Shown: one piece after another, positions 11,437 to 23,793 of the stretch
Layout of the letters: every line of letters starts with the position of its first letter
Position numbering within the stretch: position 1 is the first letter of the stretch
Source of the DNA: Asterias rubens
Lineage: Eukaryota
DNA: 64,000 bases
Direction: 5' to 3'
Assembly (NCBI RefSeq): GCF_902459465.1
Contig: NC_047071.1
Coordinates: 5,456,001-5,520,000 of the forward strand
Made by a program: the position numbers and the translations under genes
The notes under the pieces: model-generated
What the model was told of the DNA's origin: nothing
Databases searched by the model: none
What the model saw: the letters and a program-made list of their open reading frames with translations, nothing else

Positions 11437-12447
11437 GATGATAGAGAGAGATGATGCGAGGGAATCGTTTCGTAAGAAGCTTTACAGCGAGCAATACTGA
11501 TGAGACCCACCGGACCGTCAGCCTTTTTCAAGGGTCACGGGTGGCTCTGAGCAGCCCCTGGGTCCATTCACGCTGCTCAATCAACCGGCGAGACTCGGCG
11601 GTTCGCGTGGAGCTGGAATTTACTCCAATATTAGTGTGTTTCATTTTTCTTCTGATTTGCAAAATTCTTGTTTAAAATAGCATCGGACAATTTCCCCATA
11701 ACTGTAGATGTGTTGGTCAAGTTCTAACCTTTCCATGCATACAATTTTCTTTTACGAGGTCTCAATATCTAAGCCTGAAACGACCACTATGAAATGACAT
11801 TGTTTCCGATAGTGAAATTTTATTCATTTTTTTGTCGCATATAATGTTACATCGATTTATGTAACATATGATTATTGCTTCAAATAATGATGATGATCTT
11901 AGCAAGTCAATTAATCCAATCACGCAATAGTTGTTGTAAAATTGTCTTGCGACAATTTCGAGAAACAAACTCGTTTTTGTTATTTGGGCATTATTGGTGC
12001 TTAAGGCAGTGGAGTCGCATGCAAGTTGATACATTCTTACTATTTCCGCCCTTCTGTGTACCCCCCCGTGTCTCTACTGCCCCCCTTCAGAAAACAAACA
12101 AACAAACTAACAAACACCGCATAGTTATGTAAATTGGTACGTTTGTTTACATCAAATTCATCGTGTTTCGCCATTTTGTTTTGTTGCATAATGCCCCCCT
12201 ACATCACCGCTCCTTTTATGTAAACTTGTGAGTTTGTTTTTATTAGATCCATCGTTTTTCGCCATTTTGTTTCTGTTACATAGTGTTTTTGATCAAACTA
12301 GTTACTTATTTATGTAATGTTTATGTATTTAATATTTTGATGTATTTTTTTTATCGAAACAAATAAATTATCTGCCGATGTGATTATTTAATTTTTCAAT
12401 TATTTTTCCTAGACAAATGCAGGTAATAGTCTCTTTTTGTAAGTTGT

Positions 12448-12463
12448 GGCTCTGAAAAGAGCC
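12448..12463 (-). terminator. Histone 3' stem-loop of H1 copy 9
   Basis: GGCTCTTTTCAGAGCC plus downstream element. Confidence 0.95.
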
Positions 12464-12498
12464 GTTTGGTTTGGTTGATTGTCCCGGGTGGGAACTGA

Positions 12499-13095
12499 CT
12501 ACTTCTTTGGCTTGGTGGTCTTCTTCGGCTTTGCTGCTTTGGTGGCCTTCTTTGCCTTTGGCTTTGGACTCTTTGCGGCTTTGCTGGGCTTGGCGACTTT
12601 CTTTGATGGCTTGGCTGCTGTTTTCTTGGCTGCAACTTTCTTGGTGGGTGTCTTCTTGACGATTTTCTTTGGAGTCTTCTTCTTGGTTATCTTGGTTTTC
12701 TTGGCCTTCTCCTTCTTGGCTGCGGCTTTCTCTGCTTTCTTGGCTTTCATCTCTGCTTTCTTTGCTTGATCCTTCTCTTTCTTGGCCTTGGCTCGTTCTT
12801 TGACCTTCTCCGCCTGTTCCTTGGCCTTGTCCTTTGCTGGGTCCAATTTGAATGAACCGGAAGCTCCCTTGCCCTTGGTCTGGATAAGAACTCCCTTCTG
12901 CACACCGGTATTGAGGGCTTTTCGGATGAAAACGGCCTGCCTGTCCATGTCGACTTGGAATGTGTCCTTGATGTACTTTCTGATGGCTTGACTGGACGAA
13001 CCGTTTTTCTCCTTCAGTGCCACGATAGCGGCAACCACCATCTTGATTGCTGGAGGGTGGGCCCGAACGGTTGCAGACTTTTTCACGGTAGCCAT
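12499..13095 (-). CDS. H1: Histone H1, copy 9 (abuts gap)
   Basis: Full 198-aa frame; ATG at 13093-13095, two bases before the N run. Confidence 0.96.
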   Translation of the reverse strand: MATVKKSATVRAHPPAIKMVVAAIVALKEKNGSSSQAIRKYIKDTFQVDMDRQAVFIRKALNTGVQKGVLIQTKGKGASGSFKLDPAKDKAKEQAEKVKERAKAKKEKDQAKKAEMKAKKAEKAAAKKEKAKKTKITKKKTPKKIVKKTPTKKVAAKKTAAKPSKKVAKPSKAAKSPKPKAKKATKAAKPKKTTKPKK

Positions 13096-13097
13096 GA

Positions 13098-13597
13098 NNN
13101 NNNNNNNNNNNNNNNNNNNNNNNNNNNNNNNNNNNNNNNNNNNNNNNNNNNNNNNNNNNNNNNNNNNNNNNNNNNNNNNNNNNNNNNNNNNNNNNNNNNN
13201 NNNNNNNNNNNNNNNNNNNNNNNNNNNNNNNNNNNNNNNNNNNNNNNNNNNNNNNNNNNNNNNNNNNNNNNNNNNNNNNNNNNNNNNNNNNNNNNNNNNN
13301 NNNNNNNNNNNNNNNNNNNNNNNNNNNNNNNNNNNNNNNNNNNNNNNNNNNNNNNNNNNNNNNNNNNNNNNNNNNNNNNNNNNNNNNNNNNNNNNNNNNN
13401 NNNNNNNNNNNNNNNNNNNNNNNNNNNNNNNNNNNNNNNNNNNNNNNNNNNNNNNNNNNNNNNNNNNNNNNNNNNNNNNNNNNNNNNNNNNNNNNNNNNN
13501 NNNNNNNNNNNNNNNNNNNNNNNNNNNNNNNNNNNNNNNNNNNNNNNNNNNNNNNNNNNNNNNNNNNNNNNNNNNNNNNNNNNNNNNNNNNNNNNNN
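13098..13597. other. Assembly gap (500 N)
   Basis: Run of exactly 500 N; true distance and array copy number are unknown. Confidence 0.99.
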
Positions 13598-13705
13598 GTC
13601 TTGCTTAAGGACACAAGTGTCACGGCTGGGGATTCGAACCCACAACTCTGCTGATCAGAAACACAAGAGTTTGAATTCGTGATTTTAACCGCTCTGCACG
13701 ACACT
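13598..13705 (-). mobile_element. tRNA-derived SINE, 5' part
   Basis: Minus strand GTGTCGTGCAGAGCGGTT (A-box-like) ... GGGTTCGAATCCCC (B-box) GTGACACTTGTGTCCTTAAGCAAGAC. Same family at 47942 and 54460. Confidence 0.75.
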
Positions 13706-14608
13706 TCCGTCATCATCACGACAATCTTCGTTGAGCCATTATTGAAGTCAATGTCTTCGTTTGTCATACAGTGTATTGCGCATTTAAAGGGAATGTCTAC
13801 GCACCATCAAGCTAAAGAAAGTACAAACCATAAAAACCTGCAGCAGCTTTCGATAGTATAAAGCATTTTGAGACATTTCACTTCAAAGTGATGTGGTTTT
13901 ACATACCGAAATGTCACTATGGGGACAAAGTGGAGGGGGTTGGCATATAGAGGGGGCCTTAAAGCCTCCTCATCCATACCGCCATACCAATGGATTAACT
14001 CCCATCTCAGACACCAGAGCCTTGCACATGCATTGGGACTTGAGTCGCTATACTGATTGCGTGGGTTTTCCCTATTGGGGGTTTCACCGCCCACACTTAA
14101 ACTGACCATTACTCACTCACTGTGTATCCTATTATTGGCGCTAATTGTGCTGTTGAGGTGCAATAATGAAATTAAACAAATAAACACCTCAGAAACATAG
14201 GAGAGCATCGGGGTACCAATTTGTAAATCAATGAAAAGAGGGCGAGGGTGTTTGGACGAGGCACACTTGAATAACCTGATCTTTTTTTAGAGGCCCGCTC
14301 TCCCGATACTGCGAAATGTTCCCATATCATTCCGCTTAGGAACCTCAATCCGCAAGCAAAATTTGCGGGGTCATTCACAATATTTAATTTAGTTAATAAC
14401 AACACAGCCAATGTCGACAGGGATATATTGTCCAAGGCCAAGCCATCATAAATAAGCTTTGACTGTATATTCATGGTATGTAGGTAAGCCACAACACAAA
14501 TTGATAGCACTTTATTGTTTACTTTTAATTGTAACAACCACGGTACACATGTCAAAAAACTCTAGAATAATTGACAAACGGCACCCCATAGGCGTCAGAT
14601 AAGACCAG

Positions 14609-14848
14609 GGCCCAATTGCATAGAGCTGTTAAGCACAAAAATCTGCTTAGCATGAAATTTCTTCCTGATCAAAACAGGTTTACCCGAACCAAATTTCCAA
14701 GTGATTTTCAGGATAAGCAAACAAAAGCTGAATACCAGTAACAAGCACTATGTAACAAATGGAAATTGGCTGGTAATCCTGTTTTTATCTGGGAAGAAAT
14801 TTCATGCTTAGCAAATGTTTGTGCTTAGCAGCTCTACCAAATTGGTCC
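14609..14848. mobile_element. MITE with ~55-bp TIRs and CAG duplication (PIF/Harbinger-like)
   Basis: GGCCCAATTGCATAGAGCTG..CATGAAATTTCTTCC is inverted at the right end; CAG at 14606-08 and 14849-51. Confidence 0.65.
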
Positions 14849-14956
14849 CAGAACTGGGATGCAGTGAATTCAGTAGATTGTGGCAAATTATCATCGAATC
14901 TTTTGCTTTCCACAAACAAAAACTGGCGCCCTCGGACAAAGATTGACAAAATAATA

Positions 14957-15050
14957 GGGCTAGCTAGCTCAGTAAGTATAGAGCGCTGGTATACGTTAAT
15001 CCGGAGGTCGTTGGTTAGAGTCCCACCCTAGTCAGTTGTCTTTGTTCAAT
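14957..15050 (+). mobile_element. tRNA-like repeat head (not a tRNA gene)
   Basis: TAGCTCAGTAAGTATAGAGC (A-box-like) and GGTTAGAGTCCCAC (degenerate B-box); poor anticodon arm. Confidence 0.5.
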
Positions 15051-16658
15051 CCCAAATCAAAAACAAAAACAGTATAACAGGTGGCGTGGAATAGCGACGT
15101 GACGTCATAAGTAAACTACGAGCGTGTCAGTGACGTATCAATCATTGGCTGGTCAACCTCAACACCTGTTAAGATCTTCAACAACACCGTTACAAAAGGT
15201 AGCGGTCGATTTCTCAAAGATCAATTCCGTTCCCAAAAGAATATTATTAGTTTGAGCAAAGTAAAGGAACTGAATAAGCACGTCCAAATCATGTCAAACC
15301 TGGATCAACTGAACCAACTGTATTCGATCGTAAGCATTGTTGATATTGTCATAAATCTAACAGGTCAACGACAGATAATGCCAACGACGGTATATTAATG
15401 GCCAGAGTCTCGCAAATTAATACATCATAAACCGCAAGTTGTTTTCGACCCCCTCCAACTATAATCATAGATTTTAGTATTGATGTATTTTTTTTCTTCA
15501 TAATGAATATATACATGAACCAAAATGCTTCGGGTTACCATTACAGTAGATTGGTCACCATGCATTAATATTTGAGGAGAAACATGTCAATCAAAAATAG
15601 CATGTTTTTGAGCTAGCTTTCTTGGGGTGAAAGAACACGCTAAAATAACAGCAGATTGACCAAAGCCATTCATACTCATAGAAGTTATTTTAATACCAAA
15701 TTATTTCAGATGTTTTTTTCCTTTTCTTTTTCTTTTATCGTTCTGTGGTTGTAACATATAGACAGAGTGTAGTGAATTGAACTGTATTTTTTTTTGAAAC
15801 GATTAGGAATGGAAACTTCTGATGGTTCATTCCTACAAAGCTCAGAGCACAATTCCATATAGCCTGTATGAGAATAAAAACTTGCTAAGCGCATACAAAA
15901 ATATTGCTTCACAGAAACTGGGTACCAGCCCAAATTCTACAAAGTTTACATTGTTGCAACGGCATGGTGCCCCATTCACCTTTCAGCTTTATGAATATGG
16001 CATTGCTTCTTAAATGGATCCCTTAAATGGAAACCTATGTTGTGAAACATGTACTTTACATTTTGTAACAATTTTGTTTAGTTATATATATTTATATGAA
16101 AATGTTGAAGATAATTGAATTTCACTATTTGTCCCACGAATAATGAAAATTCATATGCCAAGAAGTGAAAACAATAATTGCATTAAAAAAAAGTACGACG
16201 GTATGAAGGGAAGCAGTTCCTTTCATACTCAAACATAGAATCATGATATCTATTATGTTGAAATTCCTGAGATGTATAATTGTTTATCAACTAAAAATAA
16301 TGAACACGTTACTGAACAATAACATGCGGATTTTTTTTTCTTTTTCTTTTCATTTTGATTGTTGCTAAATTAATTTTGCAGGGAGTTCCTGGTAGCCAAT
16401 TACAACGCGTAATAAATGTCGATTATACCTTGAGGTTTATATTAATAGACGGTTACTGTAAATAAAGTCGAGAGGATGGCTTTAATTGACACGATGCTTT
16501 CTAATCAAACAATTGATTTATTCTGGCGTTATTAATCATCCATCTCTATAGTCCTTGGTTTTTCATTTATCTGTAAGTGATGAGGAGGAAGGTCGGAGAA
16601 GGCTGACTAATTTGGTCTCTGTTGAATATCATTCCTGGAACCCCATAGAAACCGCTTA

Positions 16659-17051
16659 TTAAAGGCACCGGACACCTTGGGTAATTATTGTCATAGACCA
16701 GTCTTTTCAATTGGTGTATTCTCAACATATGCACAAAACAACAAACCTGTGAACATTTGAACTCCATTGGTCATCGACATGGCGAGACAATAATGAAAGG
16801 AAAAACACCCTTTTCGCACGAAATTATGTGCTTTCAGATGCTTGAATTTTAGACCTCAAAATCCAATTCTGAGGTCTCGAATTCAAATATTTTAAAGAGA
16901 AATTACTTCTTTCTTGAAAACGACGTACTTAAGAGGGAGCCGTTTCTCACAATGTTTTATACTATGAACATCTCTCCATTGATCGCTAACAAGTAAGTTT
17001 TTATTCCAACAATTATTTTGAGCAATTACCAAAAGTATCCAGTTCCTTTAA
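16659..17051 (+). mobile_element. TTAA-flanked short-TIR element, family 2 (Kolobok-type ends)
   Basis: TTAA|AGGCACCGGACAC ... GTATCCAGTTCCT|TTAA. Internal GAGGGAGCCGTTTCTCACAATG is shared with copies at 23465, 40101, 41747 and 53260. Confidence 0.8.
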
Positions 17052-18678
17052 CCACCGGTTCTTTTCAGAACAAACACTACTCAGAAATAGATATTGGCTT
17101 AGTGTTACCGCAAACCTCTCTAATAGTTAACTAACATCGATGCATTAAATTTTTGGTCATCACCCAAAGACACTGTATTGTTTGTTCATCAAAATGAATA
17201 ACGCAAACAGACCAAAAACCTACCAAGTATACAAATCGCAATTCCTTTGATATCATAGCTTCCCCTCGGGGGTAAAATACATTATTATTTTAAAAAGCTT
17301 TCACTATTCATTTTCTTCATGAGTGCGTCACTAATGGCAGCGTGCAGTCATGCCAACCTAAACCGATTAATGGATGGTCATGGATACATCATTTTCAGTG
17401 GTTTGTATCATTGTTTGATTACTCATTCCACAACATTTTTGAAGCCTCATGTTTCGCTAAGATGCTTTATTTGGTGCTTGATATTTGGCGTGTAATAACC
17501 CCTCTCTCAACTCTTGTGTCTTCAGTGCACACAAATCGGCCCCAAATGACACTCAAGGCGCTTTATAGATTAAAGATGAACAAGAAGACACCGATACATG
17601 ATCATTTGAAGATAAATATGAAACAGCTGTAGGCCTAAACACAAACAGAAATTTCATCCAGCCCTTAAATGTGAATCTTGTTTTTTTTTAAAGGATTTAC
17701 GATGGGTAAGGAGTACATGTATGTTGGAGCAGAGGGCTGAAACATGTTGGGGTGGGGACTCCCTCTCTCAATGCCTCATCGGGCGTATGTATAATGCATG
17801 AAGAGCTCTGTCAATAACGATATTCACACGAAATTGCAAATCAATTTGATTGAATCCCATATACTTTCACATGTATATTTGCTGTGGGTGGGTGTCATGT
17901 AGGTGGGTTTTATAGAAGTACATGGTCATCCTAGAAAATGAACAAACAAATTATTGGAATTGAAAATGTGGGTGGAAAATTCTTGTAAATGCTTCAAAAT
18001 AAAGACAAGACCGCAGTTCAAAAAGGTGCAGCAATAACGAAATGCGAAATTATTACAACTGAGACGCTAAAACATAAATTCGACGCACACAAAAATGGGG
18101 GAAAAGACGTCAAATTAAATTCTTGACGTTGCAAATAATATTGACGCAAATGTGGTGTTTAAGTTGTAAAATTATAACGGCTGACTCCAACATGCTTAAA
18201 TTGTCACACAATAACTCGCGGTCCGAAAATCACGGTCTGGTACCTATGCTGATCTCTGACTAACTTGAGGCATCTAAGGGAAAATGTTTGAACCTTTAGA
18301 TAAGGAATACATTAACAAATTTTATAAAGGTGTGTACGGTTGGTGCCAGACTAAACTGCGTGTTTACATAAACAAAACACTAACGAATGACTCCGTTTGC
18401 GACTTGGGGTACCAAATTGTGAACTATATGCAACTACTCGTGTACATTGTGGAAATCTAAAGATTTCACACAAATGTACGATTTGAGGGTACGATTTGGG
18501 GTAAATATTTACGCAAAATTAGTTTAAAATTGGTGTTCGATGTCTATCAATCTATCATCTGGTATAGTTTTAACTACCAGTCTGTGTGGAAAGTTCCTTA
18601 ACTTGAGCTTGATCATTATCGGTGTTGGTTAAAGAGCCCAAGCCATGTGAGTATCGCGAAGATTAACCATAATCGACA

Positions 18679-19297
18679 CACTGCACAGACTGTGGTGTTA
18701 AAATTTACACCGCTGGTGTTATCCGATAATGACAGATACCGAAGAGAAAAAAAACTTAACACCCGGTTTGTTAAATCAACACCAATATAATATTTTCCAG
18801 AATACAGTGTTATTTAAAGGAACACGTTGCCTTGGATCGGCCGAGTTGGTCTTCGAAAAGCGTTTGTAACCGTTTGTTATAAAATGCATATGGTTAGAAA
18901 GACAATTTAAAAGTAGAATACAATGATCCACACAAATTTGTCTCGAAATTGCGTGGTTTTCCTTTTAATTTGCGAGCTAACACGGTCGGCCATTTATGGG
19001 AGTCAAAAATTTGACTCCCATGAATGGCCGACCGTGTTATCCGACGATGTAAAAGGAAAACCGTGCAATTTTGAGGCATGTTTGTGTGGATCATTGTATT
19101 CTACTTTTACAACATCTTTCTAACCATATGCATTTTATAACAAACAGTTACTAACGCTTTTCAAAGACCAACTCGACCGATCCAAGGCACGTGTTCCTTT
19201 AAACACCCTTTGTGTAAAGTTAGATTCTTTTTGGTATTTGTAATAATAATATGACAGCACCCATGATGGCAATTTTAACACCCCATGTTTTGCAGTG
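18679..19297. mobile_element. MITE with CACTGC..GGTGTTAAAATT TIRs hosting a family-1 insertion
   Basis: Left CACTGCACAGACTGTGGTGTTAAAATT; right AATTTTAACACCCCATGTTTTGCAGTG followed by TA. Confidence 0.5.
18814..19202. mobile_element. Foldback MITE family 1 (TTAA|AGGAACACGTTGCC...), near-palindromic throughout
   Basis: TTAA at both ends; ~190-bp arms around a central GGCCATTTATGGGAGTCAAAAATTTGACTCCCAT hairpin. Confidence 0.9.
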
Positions 19298-20622
19298 TAG
19301 ATATCGCACAATCTGAGGGTGTATATTAAATGAATACATCGGTTTGGAGAGATATCGATCTGACATCCAGATAGATATATTTTACATGCAATAAGATATA
19401 CAATAATCTAACATATAGATAAGAACAGATCTTCACAGATCACTAACCAAAATCCGAACCCCAAAAGCAAGACACAGATGAAAGCTTTCGTCGGCAATTC
19501 AAAGTAAAAACAGGTCCTCAAAGTCTTATATAAATTATACAGAGTCGTAACTCACATCCTCTTATATTAACAACCTGTCTCATTAATAAAATCGTGTAAA
19601 TATGAAACGACACAACAAGTGTTCTTGGGCGCCCTTTGGGAAAAACGTGTTGAACTCACGAGGGAGCGTAGACGTGACCAGGCATCAACAGATGGCGGTT
19701 TTTAATGGATTTACAAATCCTACTTTATGACTGCCGGAAATCCCTTTTCCGTTGGTGTGTATGGAAACAGATTCATCAGAGAGTACAGAACCAGACGCAA
19801 GGGAAGGGAGGGTTATTCTGGGCACTTGGAGCGGCAGCATTGAACAGCCTTCACCGAAATCAAAATAACACCTTTTAAAAAAGATAACCGTTAACGAAAT
19901 CGACTAATCGAAATTGCTTTTACGGGAACATTTAAAATCTTTAAATCGAGAAACAAAACATCGTTAGTCGTTAACTGCAAGATCTTCTGGCGCCTTGTCA
20001 AGATTATAAGAACAAATCGTACGATTCTCAAAGGTATTTCTTTGTTTTAAAACAAAGTGCCGATATTGAATAATACAGAATACTTCTTGGTGGGGAGCAT
20101 TTTATTTAAGCTGTTGATGCCTGTAAAAACATACATATGCACTTGGATCGCAAGAGTCTAGACGAATAGTACAGCCACTGAAAAAAAAAAAAAAAAAGAT
20201 AGGCTAAGACCCATGTACACTTCTGGACCAATTTAAATTTACACTTTTGCCAACCTAATTCGAAAACGAGAATAGTTTGCAGGATGATGTTGTGCATAAC
20301 CTGCTCTCTAAGGTCCCTTGTCTCATGAGGCGACTATTGGAGGCAACCAGTGACAGTGCATGCTACACGAAAACTTTGGTAGCACATGAGTCATTCTTCA
20401 AACAATGTCTTACGATTCCCCCACAAAATTAAGAGAACATCAAAGTGAATGGATTCTCTTCTCTTCCTAGAACTGGTTGACTGTAAGTTGCAACGTGTGC
20501 CGTTGCCCTTGATCGACTAAAATATAGATTTATATATTTGTATTTCTGTTGGTGTCCATGTTGTATTAAATGTTTGTTGGACAATTTGAATTTCCTCTCA
20601 TCATCTTTCCTCCCGTATCGGC

Positions 20623-20626
<4 letters not shown>

Positions 20627-20655
<29 letters not shown>

Positions 20656-20900
20656 ATTATTGATTATTATTTATTCTTAATATTTTCGCCATTTACACAT
20701 GACAATAATTTAAATACAGAGCAAGACTATAATCAAAATGAAAAGTGAACATACAATAGAGCCAGCAAAAGGTGAAAGTGTTAACCTAAAAAATGTGACC
20801 TGTGGCCTGTGTTTTCCTATAGGCCCTACGCTATAATGTTTCATATTGTTCATCCTCCAACACTTGGTCCGAGATGACCCCTGTAAGTCCGATACACTTT
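20627..20900 (-). mobile_element. Probable retroelement 3' end with poly(A) tail
   Basis: ~28-nt T run preceded on the minus strand by AATAAA-containing AT-rich sequence. Confidence 0.35.
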
Positions 20901-21943
20901 TCTACCTGGAAAGTATGAAGACAGAAGCCGCAGAATAATAATTGCAACACGGTGTTTAGCACAAAACAAAGAAAAAAGTACAGTGTGTGGTTATATTTTC
21001 TTCGTAGTATTTGTCACAAAACCACCCACACGAGCCTCATCCCACTAAATTATTGAACAATTTAAATGCCTCCAGTTGTTGACAGAACCCATCGATCACA
21101 GGGCGTCACATATTAATGACGTCATTGACTGCGCTGACAGTGACCTTCCAATGGAGGTGCAAAGTCAGTCGTTCAATTTAGGAAGTCATGCTTTAATTTG
21201 ATCTAATCCGTGGGGGTAATTAGTGCATGCGCTCAGAAAAGACTTTCTGGGGGAAAGGAATTCTTCTGGTGTCCAAAGAGATTGCTTTTTCCCTTCATCA
21301 TTATTCTATAATGTCATGGCTTCAAAGTAATTTTTTCGGAAGGCCGTACCTTATTATTGTCTGCCTAGAACCATATAAGGTCCTTTAGTGCAATTTGTAT
21401 GGATTTCAAAACTGCCTTTACATGTTTTGTGGAGCTCCTGTACATTAGGCTTATTGGTCAAGACATAGTCTTCAAAGTATTTGTTTGGCAGAAAGAAACA
21501 ACCAAAAATTCTTAGTAAAACCTCTTCCTTTTTTTCAAATCTATGCTTTTTATTTTATTATTGACCTTTTGATCTTACGTATATGAACTACTATTCATAA
21601 ATACCTAAGACAGTTTATCCATTCTGATTGGTCGAGAGGGTATCACGAGGGGTTGTTTGAAGGGATGATATAAAACCAGTAAAAAGTGTTGAAACATGGG
21701 CGTGACACCCGAGCTTGCACCTGTGCTTATAAGACAGTTTCTTCATATCCTATTGGTCGTGAGCACGGCTGGAACAGTGTGCCACATCACGCGATACGCG
21801 CGACGCGCACAGCAATCTCCTTATTATGAGTTGTTTACCCGAGGGCCTATACCATTTCATAGCTGGAGGGGTGTTTTGTTGAAAGAAATCATTGAACAAT
21901 TATAATGTTGCATTGATGTTTTTTGACCGGAAAGGTATTTATG

Positions 21944-22165
21944 AATGGGAATCAAAGTGTGTTGAATCGGTTTTCAACTATAGTGGTTTAAACCCGCCGA
22001 GGCCTGGCTCTTGATAATATTTACCTCGACTTCGTCTCGGTAAAATTATCGAGAACCAGGTCCTCGGCGGGTTTAAACCACTCGTCGAGGTAAATTATCA
22101 AGAACCAGGCCTCGTTGGGATAAAACGACTAGTTGAAAACCTCTTCACCACACATTGATTCCCTT
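21944..22165. repeat. Long palindrome with a duplicated right arm (non-autonomous element)
   Basis: AGTGGTTTAAACCCGCCGAGG..GATAAT..CTCGAC-TTC-GTCTCGG..ATTATC..CCTCGGCGGGTTTAAACCACT; a second right arm follows at 22083-22165. Confidence 0.75.
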
Positions 22166-23464
22166 ATTTTTTTTTTCTTGAGATCAATGGCCCTTGATAA
22201 TTGATCTTTACTTCTGAGCAGACCAATGTAGGTCCCATACCATGCCCCTATACACCAGTCATCGCAACTCTTCTGACTATGTTATAAGAAGATCGGTTCT
22301 GTTCGCAATCTTCGTGAGCTCGACACGACACTGGAAGAAATTACTCAAGTTAGTAAATAAGTTGTATTTATGCAATTTATCTGATCATAAAATAGTGTTA
22401 TTTGAATGCAGGGTATATGCTTTAGGTAATTACGCCGTAAGTTAACGACTATAAAAAGTGACAGGGTAAAGAACAGCAGCACCGGGGAGCTGTTGATATT
22501 AATCAACAACAAAAAGTTATGTTGTTTATAGAGAAAAGAGGAAAATTATTTATACAACAAAAAGAATCTGGGAAAGGCTTCATGCTTGAATGTTTCCCAT
22601 GCTGTTAGAAAGCACACTCTCAATTCTAGCAACAAGAGTGTTTGCTTGTTTCATTATTTGTCTTGCAATTTCTAAGTCCAATTGAGGCCAAATTCTCGCA
22701 GGTGTGTTATTTTATGCATATGTTGAGTTACACCAAGTGAGAATATTGGGTCGTTTACAAAAAGTATACCCTTCCTTTTAAGCCAATCCATTTGTCTTTT
22801 CTTGTGCATCAACCTTCAATTGATTATGATCGATCACGGGCCAGTAATGACTTTAATGTTGTTGTGTTTGACTCTCTCCATCTGGCCATTGATCTCCAAA
22901 AAAAAACAAAAAACATCCCCTCATTGAATATCGTGCATGAAATTTCAAAATTAAATGAAACTGTCAAAAAAGACGGACAATGATAGCATTTTGAACAAAC
23001 CGGGAAGTTTACTATGATGGTTTATATTATTAGCAACAGTTAATAAAAAACTTGAATGTTATAGTATACTCTGAATGGTTATCAAATAATATGTAGAAGA
23101 TACCTTTGCACAAAGGTTTATCATGCAGTCACGTATTTTTTTTTAAGGGGAATCACTCTTAGAGTGGTATTACAAAACTTTGGTTAGAAGTCCACAGGAG
23201 CTTTCGATAATATACAGCACTTTTAGAATCATTTCACTTCGAAGTGGTTATGTCAAAATTAGGTTATATCAGATTTTATGCCCCAAAACTCGAATGTGAG
23301 AAGCGTTAGTGCGATAACGCTTCTCACATTGTGTATTCCTATCTAATGGGATTATTCTTCAGTCGCTCCAGATTTCGCGAAATTTTAAAAATGTAAACAC
23401 CTTCTCTGAAATAGAATTTCAAAAAGTTAGTCTGATTGTAAACAGTCATTAACATTTTATAGGA

Positions 23465-23793
23465 TTAAAGGCACTGTACACGAATTGTCAAAAACCAGTG
23501 TTCTCACTTGGTGTATCCCATCAATTGGTCATCAAAGTTGCGAGAAAATTATGAAAGAAAAACACCTTTGTTGAACGAATTTGTGTGCTTTCAGATAGGA
23601 ATAAAAGACTTCTAGCTAGAAGTCTTTTATTATTTTAGTGAGAAATTACCTCTTTGTCAAAAACTACTTAACTTCAGAGGGAGCCGTTCTCACAATGTTT
23701 TATACTATCAACAGCTCTCCAATGCTGGTACCAAGTCAGTTTTTAAGTTAATATTTTTTTTGAGTAATTACCAAAGGTGTACCTTCTCTTTAA
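23465..23793 (+). mobile_element. TTAA element family 2 (diverged)
   Basis: TTAA|AGGCACTGTACAC start, shared core, TTAA at 23790-93. Confidence 0.7.

Larger units (their letters stand above)
1..13097 (-). repeat. Tandem array of histone H1 genes, unit ~1660 bp, 9 gene copies visible, no core histones in the unit
   Basis: H1 stop codons recur at 17, 1677, 3336, 4996, 6658, 8319, 9176, 10840 and 12499 (periods 1660, 1659, 1660, 1662, 1661, 857, 1664, 1659). Units are nearly identical. The array runs from the window start to the N gap. Confidence 0.98.

Noticed and set aside
1228-12070. C-run length differences (6-11 C) between H1 units
   Set aside because: Homopolymer length is unreliable in long-read assemblies; not interpreted.
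12368-13767. Long ORFs spanning the N run
   Set aside because: Artefacts of translating the gap.
15091-15145. TGACGTCA (CRE) and ATTGG motifs as a gene promoter
   Set aside because: No associated coding exon or transcript evidence; short motifs occur by chance.
18894-19123. Recurrent MIHTN... ORFs on both strands (also 46.7-47.3, 59.2 and 60.3 kb)
   Set aside because: They arise from the palindromic family-1 MITE and have no protein-like features.
19720-19785. Minus-strand CTGATGA...GGAAAA as a hammerhead
   Set aside because: Stem II does not close next to GAAA and there is no stem I pairing.
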